NCBI GenBank assembly: GCA_045863335.1
Contig: BTVY01000006.1
Span: 32,001 to 96,000, forward strand
Reading direction: 5' to 3'
DNA length: 64,000 nt
Origin: Candidatus Hydrogenedentota bacterium
GTDB taxonomy: Bacteria > Hydrogenedentota > Hydrogenedentia > Hydrogenedentales > SLHB01
The position numbers were made by a program, and so were the translations under genes. A model generated the notes under the pieces. It saw nothing but the letters and a program-made list of their open reading frames with translations, was not told the origin of the DNA and made no database searches. Below, in pieces: positions 35,395 through 45,399 of this stretch. Within the stretch, counting starts at the first letter, position 1. Every line of letters starts with the position of its first letter.

Positions 35395-38133
35395 CTACTC
35401 GGACTTACCCAATCTCGCGTACACCTCCGGTTCCATCGCCTGGAACAGGGTCCATACGCAGGAGTTGGAGTAGTAGTTGATCCCCCACTTGATGGCGCCG
35501 GTGTCGCGGTCGAGGCTCCAGGGGATGTTCCAGGGCGTCTTGTGGTTCAGCGCAACGTTGGCGTAGCTGCGGTCGAAGAGATCCATGGCGTCTTCGGCGC
35601 GGCCGGCGAAGGCGGCCATGGCGCAGAAGTTCCAGACTTCGCCGATGGTGATGACGGCGGAGTGATCGTGGAAGGACGTGTCGACGCTGCCGTCGGGCTT
35701 GACGCCGTTGACCGCGCCGTAGGGTGTCGCTTGCGCGTTGAGCCGCAACACGGAATCGATGACGGAATCGATCCGTTCGTGCGGCACCAACTCGCCCAGG
35801 CCGCTCGCATAAGCGAACCATTGTCCGCAGAGCGCGTTGGTCAACGAGGTGTCGCTGGCGGGGCGGTCACCGGTGCCGCTGTAGAGTCGGTAGTACTCGC
35901 CGGTCCACAGCTTGTCGTTGTACGCCGCCACGCCGCGGTCAAACCAATCCTGCAACTCCGCCGTGAAGGCCGCATCGTCCTGCCGCTCGGCCATCGCGAT
36001 CCCCGCTTTCAACGCGCCGAGCCAAATGCTCGCGGTGTACGCGCTGGTGCCCCACCAGGGCCAGATGTCGTAGTACTGGTTCGCGGGGAAGCCCGTTTCG
36101 CTCCCGGGGGCTTCGTTGATGAGCCCGTCGCCGTCCGTGTCGAGGGTCATGCAGAAGCGCAGCGCGTCCTTCACCGACGAGTACGCATTATCGAGGTACG
36201 CTTCGTTCTGCCATAACTGGTAATTGCGCCACGCGAGCAACACGTACTCCGACGATACGATGGGGATCTGCAGGTGCATCATGGGCGTCTGCGTGCCGGC
36301 GGGCGTGCCGAAGCCGAAAGCGATCTGCCCGTTCTCACCCTGCCACTTTGCGAACTCGCGCATGGTCGCCTTCTCGCATTCCGGGAAGAGCAGCGCCAGC
36401 GGAAAGGACCCGTTGAAACGGCAGACCAGCGTCTCCGTGATGGGACATCCTGTAAACGATTCGCTCTGGAAAAACCGGCCATCGTCCAGCCACCACGAGT
36501 TGCGCGGCAGGATGTAGAGACTGTTGATGACGGCATCGTTGAGCGCTGGCGACGCATCGCTCGCGTAGACTTGGGACTGCCACTGGACAACGTGATGGTC
36601 GACCATCGCATGCTGCGGCAACGCATACTCCAGCACCTCGTACGCGCTATCAAAACGCTTCGCATACCGGTGACGCAACGCTTCGCCGTCGCTCGATTCC
36701 CAGGTGGGGAAATACCACGCCAGCGCGAAGGTGACTTCCGCGATCTCGCCGGGTTGCAGCGTGCGTGCGGCGGTCGCGCGCAAGACCTCGCCGAACTTGT
36801 TTTCGAATTGCCAACCGTTACCTGACGCGCCGAGCGCGTAACTCCCGCCGCGGACGGTGAAGACGTCGGCACCGTAGCGGACAATTTCTGGCGGCGCGCC
36901 CGATCCATCGACCGCGACCAGTTGCCGCCGGTCCATGGCGATATGCGCGTTGGGCCAGGTGCTCACGATGTACTCGTCCGGTTCCCCCATCAGCGCGACC
37001 GCGACACTCGCACCAGCGGATTCGACGACCACGCGCTTGCCGTTCGCGACCCACGCTGCGCGATCGTCTCCTTCCTTGCCGGGACCGCCGATGTCGACGT
37101 TGGCTGCAAATGCGAACCGCAGATCCGGAATGGCTTCGTCAGTGCGATTCGTGATCGCGTAGTCCAACGCAATCGTGTTGTGACCCGCCCGCCGCACGGT
37201 CACCGTTACCGCGATCCGATCGTCGGCGGTGATCAGCACTCCATCGCGCGGCGCAATCGAGAACGGCACATTAGGACCGCGCCCGGCCTTCTGTTCGTCG
37301 TACTCGATCTGCCAGAGCAGTTGGCCGATGGTTGGCGCTCCCGCAAATACCGCGGACTCCTCTTTGTGCGCGTCCCAGACGAATCCGCCGTACGGATCCA
37401 GATAGAAACTCGTCACGTCATCGAAAGCGAACGCCAGACCCTGCGGCACCGATTCGCCTTCGAGCGATTGTGGTTCTCCGGAGACGCTATCGGGCAGATC
37501 ATTTGCTTCCGTCGCGAACGCGAGCACCGGCGTCACGTGCCAGGTCTCGCCGGGAGCCAGCGATTCGCGCCGCCAAGCAAGGGCGGCCTCCACGTTGCCT
37601 TCGGCCTTGTTCGCCCGCGGGGGATTGAGGTCCCATTGCAGGCCAAGCTCGACCGGGATCGGCTCGCTGCCCGTGTTGTTTACGCGGTACCGGAAGAAGG
37701 CGACAGGTAACTCAGACAAACTGTAATCATGCGGAACGAGCGGCGCGTAGGCCCGAAGCGAGACTTCGACCGGGTCGAGCACATCTTCCAGCGTCACATC
37801 CGCCGCGGGTACGTGCCCCCAGAATCGTACTCCGTCGATTGGCGCGGACTCCGCCAGGAACTCGGCGCGCTTCTCGCCGGCCTGGACATACCATCCGCTC
37901 TGCGATCCCACCGGGGCGGGCCGCAGGTAGTTGTTTTCCACGGTGGACTCGCCGAAGCGTCCATCCGAACGAAGGTCGATATACCCCGTGCCCAGCGCCC
38001 CCAGGGGCAGCGCGCTCTGCGCTTCGCCGTTCTCAAACCAGACCCCGCTGACCGGCACGTCGTAGCCGGGCGCGTCGAAGGTCTGAAATTCGGCGGCCGC
38101 GCAAACGATGGACGCAATAAGAAGGTGCAACAT
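35395..38133 (-). CDS. GH116 family (non-lysosomal glucosylceramidase-like) glycoside hydrolase
   Basis: N-terminal 'LPLGALGTG', 'SELPVAFF'; 'FALAWYFP'; catalytic-domain 'DTDGDGLI...NQYYDIW...SAYTASIW..AL', 'KLWTGEYY', 'LCGQWFA'. Confidence 0.85.
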   Translation of the reverse strand: MLHLLIASIVCAAAEFQTFDAPGYDVPVSGVWFENGEAQSALPLGALGTGYIDLRSDGRFGESTVENNYLRPAPVGSQSGWYVQAGEKRAEFLAESAPIDGVRFWGHVPAADVTLEDVLDPVEVSLRAYAPLVPHDYSLSELPVAFFRYRVNNTGSEPIPVELGLQWDLNPPRANKAEGNVEAALAWRRESLAPGETWHVTPVLAFATEANDLPDSVSGEPQSLEGESVPQGLAFAFDDVTSFYLDPYGGFVWDAHKEESAVFAGAPTIGQLLWQIEYDEQKAGRGPNVPFSIAPRDGVLITADDRIAVTVTVRRAGHNTIALDYAITNRTDEAIPDLRFAFAANVDIGGPGKEGDDRAAWVANGKRVVVESAGASVAVALMGEPDEYIVSTWPNAHIAMDRRQLVAVDGSGAPPEIVRYGADVFTVRGGSYALGASGNGWQFENKFGEVLRATAARTLQPGEIAEVTFALAWYFPTWESSDGEALRHRYAKRFDSAYEVLEYALPQHAMVDHHVVQWQSQVYASDASPALNDAVINSLYILPRNSWWLDDGRFFQSESFTGCPITETLVCRFNGSFPLALLFPECEKATMREFAKWQGENGQIAFGFGTPAGTQTPMMHLQIPIVSSEYVLLAWRNYQLWQNEAYLDNAYSSVKDALRFCMTLDTDGDGLINEAPGSETGFPANQYYDIWPWWGTSAYTASIWLGALKAGIAMAERQDDAAFTAELQDWFDRGVAAYNDKLWTGEYYRLYSGTGDRPASDTSLTNALCGQWFAYASGLGELVPHERIDSVIDSVLRLNAQATPYGAVNGVKPDGSVDTSFHDHSAVITIGEVWNFCAMAAFAGRAEDAMDLFDRSYANVALNHKTPWNIPWSLDRDTGAIKWGINYYSNSCVWTLFQAMEPEVYARLGKSE

Positions 38134-38204
38134 GGCGAGGACTCCCCCAATGATTCCATAGCCCGTTTACGACCATAGCACAAATGAATGTAGCTGCGGT
38201 CCCG

Positions 38205-38645
38205 CTAAAGCTGCGTTCCGTCTCGTTCGCCTTGTGAACCTGGTCCCTTTTGGTGCTGCACGTTACGCCGCATCATCCCTGTCGACGGTCGCATGCCCAG
38301 TCGCGTGTAGAAGGGTTGCATGTTCGGATGACACACGAAATCGACCATATACAGATCGCCAATCTCGTCAAGAATCCGCCGCACCAACTCTTCCCCCACA
38401 CCGTGCCCGCGGTATTCGGGCAACACTTCCAGAAAGGGAATCGATGCGCTCAGCACGTGATCGCACATGGCGGTGACAAACCCGGCTACGCGGTCTTTCT
38501 CGTCATCAATGGCGAGAACGACGTGGCTACTGTTTTCCAGCAGTTTCATATGGGTCTCGGGCCAGGGCGGATTCTGCCACCCTACGAAAAACCCTTTCAG
38601 CTTGTCCGGCGAAATCCCTTCCAGGGATGTTGTGTATGTGATCAT
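38205..38645 (-). CDS. GNAT N-acetyltransferase
   Basis: 'LEVLPEYRGHGVG' and 'PFYTRLG'. Confidence 0.9.
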   Translation of the reverse strand: MITYTTSLEGISPDKLKGFFVGWQNPPWPETHMKLLENSSHVVLAIDDEKDRVAGFVTAMCDHVLSASIPFLEVLPEYRGHGVGEELVRRILDEIGDLYMVDFVCHPNMQPFYTRLGMRPSTGMMRRNVQHQKGPGSQGERDGTQL

Positions 38646-38733
38646 GCAAACTACTCCTCAAGGGGGATTTTGGCTTTTGGGATGAACGAACAGTATGGCA
38701 AAAACGGGGCTCTTATGGCCAATCGAGTTCGAC

Positions 38734-40440
38734 TCAATGCGACGGAAGAAGTTCCCGCGCGCGGTCCAGAGCGAGATCGATATTCCCTAACACGTTGCCT
38801 GCCAACGTGTCACCGAACAGACCGCTCCGCTCCAGGGCCTCCCGAACATGGGGGTTCACGCCCGACAACAGCAGTACCGTTCCCTGCCGGGCGCATTTGT
38901 CGTGAAACTCATCCAGGGCGTGCATTCCCGTGGCATCGATGGCGGGCACTTTCCGCATGCGCAAGATGAAGATCCGCGGCGGCGGTTCGACTTGACGCAA
39001 CACGTCTTTCAATCGATCCGCCACGCCGAAGAAGAAGGGCCCCGTGATTTCGTAGACCTCCACCCCGTGCGGCACCACCTTCTTGGCCACGGCATCGGGA
39101 TCATCCGGTTCATCCCAGCCGCCATTCCCATCTTCGAGTTCCCGCGCGATGTCGACGATATTCGACACCTCCGTCATACGTTTCATGAAAAGGATGGACG
39201 CCAATACGACGCCGACGCCAACCGCCACGGTGAGGTCCATAAACACCGTGAGCCCGAAGGTCGTCAACAAAACCGCAATGTCGCTCCCCGGAGCGCGCAG
39301 AATGGACCGGAAATGATCGATCTCGCTCATGTTCCACGCGACCATCATCAATACCGCGGCGAGCGTAGCCAATGGGATCGTGGAAGCGAGGGGTGCGAGC
39401 GCGGCCATGATGACAAGCAGGATTGCCGCGTGAACGATGCCGGCCAGGGGTGTGCGCCCCCCGGTCTTGATGTTGGCGACAGTGCGGGCGATCGCGCCCG
39501 TGGCTGGAATCCCTCCAAAGACCACGGATGCCAGGTTCGCCGAGCCTTGGGCGACGAGTTCGCAGTCCGCCTTGTGGCGGCCGCCGATCATGCCGTCCGC
39601 CACCACTGCAGAAAGGAGCGATTCAATGGCCGCGAGCAGCGCGATGGTGGTCGCTTCCGGTACGAGTTCACGCACGAGTTCAAAGCTGAACGCAGGTAGA
39701 TGGGGCGCCGGCAAAGTCCGCGGAATTTCCCCGAACCGGGATCCGATGGTGTCTACCGGGAGTCCCAGAAACCACACGAGAACCGAAGCGAGGACGACCG
39801 CGACGATTGCTCCGGGTATGCGTGGCGCAAACCGGCGCAGCACGATCATGATAGCCAAGGAACCTGCGCCGACCACGAGCGGCGCCGCCTGCCAGGTGGC
39901 GGCATGCTCGGCATAGACTCGCCATTTCTCGACAAACTCCGCGGGAACGGGCCCCATGGCAAGACCGAAGAAATCCTTGATCTGCGAGGAGAAGATGATC
40001 ACCGCGATTCCCGACGTGAATCCCGTCGTTACCGGGTACGGAATGAACTTGATCATGGCGCCGAATCGCGCCAAGCCCATGATGATCATGATGACCCCGG
40101 CCATCATGGTGGCCGTCGCCAGTCCGGCAAACCCGTGTCGCGCAGCGATGTCGTAAACGATGACGATAAAGGCCCCCGTCGGCCCGGCGATCTGGACCCG
40201 GCTTCCGCCGAACACCGAAACCAGAAACCCGGCTACAACGGCGGTGTACAGGCCTACCGCCGGCGGCGAGACCCCGTCAGCAGCCGCGACCGATTCCGGA
40301 ATGGATGCGATTCCAAACGCCATGGCCAGGGGGAGCGCGATTATCCCCACCGTCAGCCCGGCAAGGAGATCGGATACCAGACGTCCGCGGTTGTACCCCT
40401 CGCGGACGCACACAACAGATTTCGGCAGGAAACGGGGCAT
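38734..40440 (-). CDS. SulP family anion transporter with STAS domain (DauA/YchM-like)
   Basis: 'DLLAGLTVGIIALPLAMAF', 'GPTGAF', 'ESLLSAVVADGM', 'PATGAIART', STAS 'GPFFFG...IDATG'. Confidence 0.95.
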   Translation of the reverse strand: MPRFLPKSVVCVREGYNRGRLVSDLLAGLTVGIIALPLAMAFGIASIPESVAAADGVSPPAVGLYTAVVAGFLVSVFGGSRVQIAGPTGAFIVIVYDIAARHGFAGLATATMMAGVIMIIMGLARFGAMIKFIPYPVTTGFTSGIAVIIFSSQIKDFFGLAMGPVPAEFVEKWRVYAEHAATWQAAPLVVGAGSLAIMIVLRRFAPRIPGAIVAVVLASVLVWFLGLPVDTIGSRFGEIPRTLPAPHLPAFSFELVRELVPEATTIALLAAIESLLSAVVADGMIGGRHKADCELVAQGSANLASVVFGGIPATGAIARTVANIKTGGRTPLAGIVHAAILLVIMAALAPLASTIPLATLAAVLMMVAWNMSEIDHFRSILRAPGSDIAVLLTTFGLTVFMDLTVAVGVGVVLASILFMKRMTEVSNIVDIARELEDGNGGWDEPDDPDAVAKKVVPHGVEVYEITGPFFFGVADRLKDVLRQVEPPPRIFILRMRKVPAIDATGMHALDEFHDKCARQGTVLLLSGVNPHVREALERSGLFGDTLAGNVLGNIDLALDRARELLPSH

Positions 40441-40595
40441 CTTCGTTCAATCGCTCCCCAATCACTGCAACTCGGTAAATGCAGTGATCTTGTGTATTGT
40501 TATTGGATTTCTACGTGACAAAGGAAAAAGGGGGCGCAGTGTAGATCGGCCTCGGTACCCGTTTCAAAAATGCGATCTGAGTTCGCTAGCGAACC

Positions 40596-40750
40596 GGAGG
40601 GCGGGTCTTCCAACCCGCCCAGCCGAGGGATTTTTAACTTGGTCCACCAATGCGCTCATCTCTCTGTGCCCAGGATAGCCTTCCCCAATCGCCGGCCCCC
40701 GGGTCGACCTGAAGGCCCGGGCGGAGCGGGTTGGAAAACCCGCTCTCCGT
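40596..40750. repeat. REPIN-like inverted pair (GGAG-GCGGGTnTTCCAACCCGC family)
   Basis: ggagggcgggtcttccaacccgccc ... gcggagcgggttggaaaacccgctctccg; same family as 7871-7900. Confidence 0.75.
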
Positions 40751-40878
40751 TGGCAAAGCGCCCATCCCGTGTTAGAATGAATACGACGGAGTTGGTCAGG
40801 AACGATGCGCCATGTAGTTCCAACGGCCCGACGCGGTTCGGCCGGGCACTCGCATTCCGAGAGTACGGGAGACTGTTG

Positions 40879-41073
40879 ATGCCTACCTTCGAGTACCACG
40901 CCATTCGGGCCGAAGGCGACGAAGAGAAGTCATTTGTGGGGGGAGTCGTCGTTGCGAAGTCGCGCCACGAAGCCAAGGAGAAGCTCCGTGAATTGGGCTT
41001 GAAGGCGACCATGTTAAAAAAGGCCCGGGGGGTCATGGCCCTCCTGAAGTGGCTGGACGCCGACATCCGTTAA
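40879..41073 (+). CDS. Small protein resembling the N-terminal cytoplasmic segment of GspF/PilC
   Basis: MPTFEYHA...GVVVAKSRHEAKEKLRELGL matches the pattern MxxFxYxA...G.ixA.S..EA...Lr..gl. GGGAG SD. Confidence 0.65.
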   Translation: MPTFEYHAIRAEGDEEKSFVGGVVVAKSRHEAKEKLRELGLKATMLKKARGVMALLKWLDADIR

Positions 41074-41106
41074 CCAACGCATGGCTCGCTGGGAAGGACT
41101 AGCTGC

Positions 41107-43773
41107 GTGAGGGGATTCTTGTTTACGGCCGGATATTGTTTGCTCGTCTTTGTTTCGACAGCCGCTGCACAACCGCCCCCCCTTCCCGTAGGCCCCGATG
41201 GCCGGCTCTTCGCGGGTCCGGATGTGGATACATTGCTGGCCCGCCCCTACGTTCAGCACGTTCCCATGACGCCGTCCGGTGCCTGCCTCTGGGCGCAGCA
41301 TCCGGGCGGCTGGGGTTTTCCCGCCGGCTCCATCCACTATTACCTGATTACGAACGATGGCATTGGATTCGACGTCTCCCTTAAAGCAGGCCCCCAACTC
41401 GTCATCCCGGCGGCAGGCGTCAGCTACCCCACCCGCGTCGAGCAGGCCGGCAGCGGCAGAAACGTGTCCGTAACCGGCACGAAATGGATCACCGGCGACG
41501 ACCTCATGGCCTGCCGGCTCCTTATCTCGAACGCGGGCGCCGAACCGGAAGAACTCGCCGTAACCATTTCCATCCCGTCTCCCAACGCGAAGCTCGATGG
41601 CAACCGGATTCAGTGGGTAACGGAAGCCCACGGTCTCGTGATCCATTCTGTGGGACATCTACCCGGCTTCACCGCGGTGCCGGGTCCGGCAGTCGCGAAG
41701 AACGTCCTGTCCCTCGAAGGTGAAGCGCCCGCGCAACAAGTTGGCAGCACCGGCGAGGACCGGAAAGCCGGCGCCAGCGGTGGACGCGTGCTCGGCAGCA
41801 ACTTCGGGGGCAACGCCGGCCACTTCGCGATCTACGGTTTTGATATCGCCGAAGACCTGAAGGACATGAGCCTCACGATTCGCTACGCGCGGGGCAAGCC
41901 CAACATCGCGGACTTCCTGCTCGAACGGCCCGATCAACGGCGTCATCCGCGTTTGGCCCTGCAGCCTACGGGAGGATGGGGGGAGAACCCCTCCGACTTC
42001 GCGTTGACAACGTATCCGCTCGGCGATATCGCGGCGGGACCCTTGCAGGTAAAGCTTCTCGCCATCTCCGCTGGAAGCAACGTGAATATAGACGCCCTCT
42101 ACATTCATCCCCGCGACACGGTGATCGAAGGCGTCCATCGCACGCCCATGCAGTTGGAACGGACGCTTACAGTAGCGGCTGGCGAGGAAACATCCCTTGA
42201 TCTCTTTGTCGCGTCGAGCACCCGTTCGACCAACGCGGAAGCGGCGCTGCAACGCGCGGTCGACGCGCCGGACGCGCTCGCGGCGCACCGGGAACAATAC
42301 GAGTACTGGCTCACGGCAAACGTCCCCGCCTTCACGGGACGGGAAGAGATCCAGAAACAGTACTGGCACCGCGCCACCAGCATCGTCAAGAAAAACCTGT
42401 TCCGTGTGGGCGAAGGCCGGCTCTCGGACTGGGCCATGGCGGAAGGCCGATGGACCTCGACCTGGTTTCCCAACGTGATTTCTTACGGGGCGGGACATCA
42501 GGTCCGGGAGTTGCGCTGGCTCCGCGATCCACAGTACGTGCGCGGCTTCATCAATACATGGTGCAACAACCTCAAGCCCGACGGCATTTTCCCCAACTAC
42601 ATCCGGCCCACGGAAATCGGTACGGGCCAGTACACGGACTGGATCGCATCCACCGTGTGGGACGCCCATTGCGTACAGCCCGACACGGACGCGCTGACCC
42701 GCTGGGCGGACGCCTTGAAGCAGAATGTCGATGGCTGGCTTGCCGTTTACGACGCGGACAACGACGGCCTGCTCACCGTCGACAGCCACTGGTGGACCGG
42801 CATGGAGTGGCAGCCTTCCTTTTTCTATTTCAAAGGATTCGACGCGGAAAAGCAGGACCAGCATCTCGAACGCGTCGATCTCACGGCGTACGTCTACGGC
42901 AATGCCCGCAACCTCGCGCACGCGCTCGCTGCGCTGGGAGATGAGGCTGGGGCAGCGCATTACCACAGCATCGCCGATACCATCCGGGACGCGACCGCAT
43001 CGGTGCTGTGGGACTCGGCAAACCAGTTCTTCTATTCCGTCGAACCCAACACACACGAGAAAGCCATGGTCAAAGAAGTGATCGGCGTGTATCCCTTCTA
43101 CTTCTCCATGTTCGACGGCGCAGACGCCGCACCGTATCTCAGCGCCTGGCGATCCATCCTCGATCCCGAACAATTCTGGACGCCTTGGCCGGTTGCGTCT
43201 GCCTCAAAGCAATGCCCTGCCTATTCGCAGGACGAAATATTCTACGGACGGCGCATCGGCGGTTGCATGTGGAATGGCCCGACTTGGCCCCACGCCAACA
43301 GCATTGTCCTTTCCGCCATGGCTGCCACGTTGCGCGAGCACCCCAAAAGCCCGTTGCGTACCGCGGACCTGTTCGGCCTGTTTCGTTCGTACACCGAGGC
43401 CCAATATTACAAGCAAGACCAGCAGTTCCCCTGGACCGGCGAATACTACAATGGGCTCAACGCCGAGTGGCGCACGGAGCAACGCGACTACAATCACTCC
43501 ACTTACATCGATCTGCTGATCGCGGACATTGCCGGACTCCGTCCACGCACGGACAACATCCTCGAACTCCACCCCCTCATCAACCCGTCCATGGGACCGT
43601 TCATCATCGACGGTATCCGCTACCACGATCGCGACATCACCATCGCCTGGGCGCCTGTCACCAGCACGGAGCAAACGCCCGACGGCCTCAAAGGCTTCCG
43701 CGTGTACGTGAACGGCGCCCTCGTCCACCATGATCCTCTTTGCGCCTTCCGGGTAGAAGTTCCCCTGCTGTAG
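41107..43773 (+). CDS. Secreted GH63/MGH1-like (alpha/alpha)6 glycoside hydrolase with internal CBM6/35-like module
   Basis: Signal peptide; CBM-like 'LEGE...TIRYARG...TGGW...VNIDALYI'; 'DNDGLL..DSHWWTGME', 'WNGPTWPHANS', 'GEYYN...YNHSTY'. Confidence 0.75.
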   Translation: MRGFLFTAGYCLLVFVSTAAAQPPPLPVGPDGRLFAGPDVDTLLARPYVQHVPMTPSGACLWAQHPGGWGFPAGSIHYYLITNDGIGFDVSLKAGPQLVIPAAGVSYPTRVEQAGSGRNVSVTGTKWITGDDLMACRLLISNAGAEPEELAVTISIPSPNAKLDGNRIQWVTEAHGLVIHSVGHLPGFTAVPGPAVAKNVLSLEGEAPAQQVGSTGEDRKAGASGGRVLGSNFGGNAGHFAIYGFDIAEDLKDMSLTIRYARGKPNIADFLLERPDQRRHPRLALQPTGGWGENPSDFALTTYPLGDIAAGPLQVKLLAISAGSNVNIDALYIHPRDTVIEGVHRTPMQLERTLTVAAGEETSLDLFVASSTRSTNAEAALQRAVDAPDALAAHREQYEYWLTANVPAFTGREEIQKQYWHRATSIVKKNLFRVGEGRLSDWAMAEGRWTSTWFPNVISYGAGHQVRELRWLRDPQYVRGFINTWCNNLKPDGIFPNYIRPTEIGTGQYTDWIASTVWDAHCVQPDTDALTRWADALKQNVDGWLAVYDADNDGLLTVDSHWWTGMEWQPSFFYFKGFDAEKQDQHLERVDLTAYVYGNARNLAHALAALGDEAGAAHYHSIADTIRDATASVLWDSANQFFYSVEPNTHEKAMVKEVIGVYPFYFSMFDGADAAPYLSAWRSILDPEQFWTPWPVASASKQCPAYSQDEIFYGRRIGGCMWNGPTWPHANSIVLSAMAATLREHPKSPLRTADLFGLFRSYTEAQYYKQDQQFPWTGEYYNGLNAEWRTEQRDYNHSTYIDLLIADIAGLRPRTDNILELHPLINPSMGPFIIDGIRYHDRDITIAWAPVTSTEQTPDGLKGFRVYVNGALVHHDPLCAFRVEVPLL

Positions 43774-43853
43774 AGGCGTTCCATCTACGCACTTTTACTC
43801 TCAACTCTTTTCCGGTAGGGTGGAGGAGGCAATCACGACTGCAAGGAGACGAC

Positions 43854-44639
43854 ATGATTCGATCTCACATTGGGCGATTGGGAATCTGCATTGCCGCTCT
43901 TGCAATCAGCGTCGCACACGCGCAGGAGCGCACCATCAACCTCGACCCGCCGGGCGAGTTTGACTTCATCCTCGATCGGGCTGGACTCATCTCCGAACAG
44001 GACAAGGAAACGGTCCGGAATACTTGCGCCACCTTGCTCCAGGAACAGGCCATCCCCATCGTCGTGGTCACGATCGAGTCCATGGCCCAGTACGGACCGC
44101 CCGGCATTCGCATCGAAACCTTCGCCACCCTGCTCTTCGATCAGTGGGGCATCGGTTACAAGGAAGTCGGAGGCCAGTCGTGGAACCGCGGCATTCTACT
44201 GCTCGTGTCCGCGCAGGACCGCAAAGCGCGCATCGAACTCGGCGCGGACTGGGGCCGCGAGTTCGACCCGGTCTGCCAGAAAATCATGGATGAACAGATC
44301 ATCTTCCATTTCAAGCAGGGGAACTACTCACAGGGCATCGTTGCGGGCGTGGAAAGTCTCGACCACATGGCCCGGGGCATCGCCCTGCCGACGCGTCCGC
44401 GCCCCTGGTGGCATTACGCCGTGGTCGCGGGCGCCATCGGGCTCGCCATCTTTACCGTCGTCTCCTTGATCCGGCGTGGCGCGAGCGGCTGGGCGTGGAT
44501 CTTCTGGGGCGCGGTCTTCGCGCTGTTGGGATTCATCCTTTACCAGGCCCTCGCCGGTAGCCGGAGTTCGGGCGGTTTCTCCGGTGGTTCCTTTGGAGGA
44601 GGATTCTCGGGTGGCGGCGGCGCCACCGGATCGTGGTAG
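43854..44639 (+). CDS. TPM-domain protein (YgcG-like) with Gly-rich C-terminus
   Basis: 'ILDRAGLIS', 'IVVVTI', 'LFDQWGIG', 'GILLLVS..DRKARIELG', C-terminal 'GGGFSGGGGATGSW'. Confidence 0.9.
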   Translation: MIRSHIGRLGICIAALAISVAHAQERTINLDPPGEFDFILDRAGLISEQDKETVRNTCATLLQEQAIPIVVVTIESMAQYGPPGIRIETFATLLFDQWGIGYKEVGGQSWNRGILLLVSAQDRKARIELGADWGREFDPVCQKIMDEQIIFHFKQGNYSQGIVAGVESLDHMARGIALPTRPRPWWHYAVVAGAIGLAIFTVVSLIRRGASGWAWIFWGAVFALLGFILYQALAGSRSSGGFSGGSFGGGFSGGGGATGSW

Positions 44640-44664
44640 CAAACTGAACGGGGAGCAACGGCCC

Positions 44665-45345
44665 ATGCCGAACGCGACAACGTACTTTACGGATGAACAA
44701 CGAAAGGCCGTCGAAAAAGCAGTAGCCGCAGCGGAATCCAAAACCTCCGCCGAAATCGTCCCCGTCGTGGCGGCCGCGTCGGGCCGCTACGACCGCCCCG
44801 AAGACATCGTGGGACTGTTTCTGGGAATCGTGCTCATGGCGATGGCGTGGGCCGTACTACCGGGTTACGCTCCCGACCGCACAGGCTCTTGGGAAGGATT
44901 CGCGTTACCCTTTCATCTCCCGGCCCTAATCTTCGCGATGATCTTGGGTTTTGTGCTCGGCTCATTCGCCGCGTCCCGCGTCGAATGGTTGCGTATGCTT
45001 TTCACGCCGGCCGCCCAAATGCGTGACGAAGTCAACGCCCGTGCGCGCCAGGTCTTCTTCGACGATCGCGTGCATCACACGGCCGGGGCAACGGGGCTGC
45101 TCTTCTTCGTCTCTCTCTACGAACGCACCGCCGTCATTCTCGCGGACGCGGCCGTTACGGAGAAACTGGGGCAGCACGCCGTTGACGCGTTGTGCCGCGA
45201 ATTGGTGGAGGACATCAAGAAAGTCGACGTCGCATCGGCCCTCGCCCGCAGTATTGAGAAAGCCGGTGAACAGCTCGAACTTGTCCTTCCCAGGGAAACG
45301 GGCGACGTGAACGAACTCGCCGATACCCTCGTGCTGCTGGACTGA
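44665..45345 (+). CDS. TPM-domain membrane protein
   Basis: 'AESKTSAEIVPVVA..SGRY', 'ARQVF...VHHT...TGLLFFVSLYER...LAD', 'DVNELAD'. Confidence 0.88.
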   Translation: MPNATTYFTDEQRKAVEKAVAAAESKTSAEIVPVVAAASGRYDRPEDIVGLFLGIVLMAMAWAVLPGYAPDRTGSWEGFALPFHLPALIFAMILGFVLGSFAASRVEWLRMLFTPAAQMRDEVNARARQVFFDDRVHHTAGATGLLFFVSLYERTAVILADAAVTEKLGQHAVDALCRELVEDIKKVDVASALARSIEKAGEQLELVLPRETGDVNELADTLVLLD

Positions 45346-45399
45346 TATCCCGGATCGGGCCCGACGCCTTCGTAGTCTCCGATTGCGCATCTCCTCAGT

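Noticed and set aside
43854-45345. TPM gene pair lacking the usual lemA neighbour
   Set aside because: A common variation; lemA may be elsewhere in the genome.
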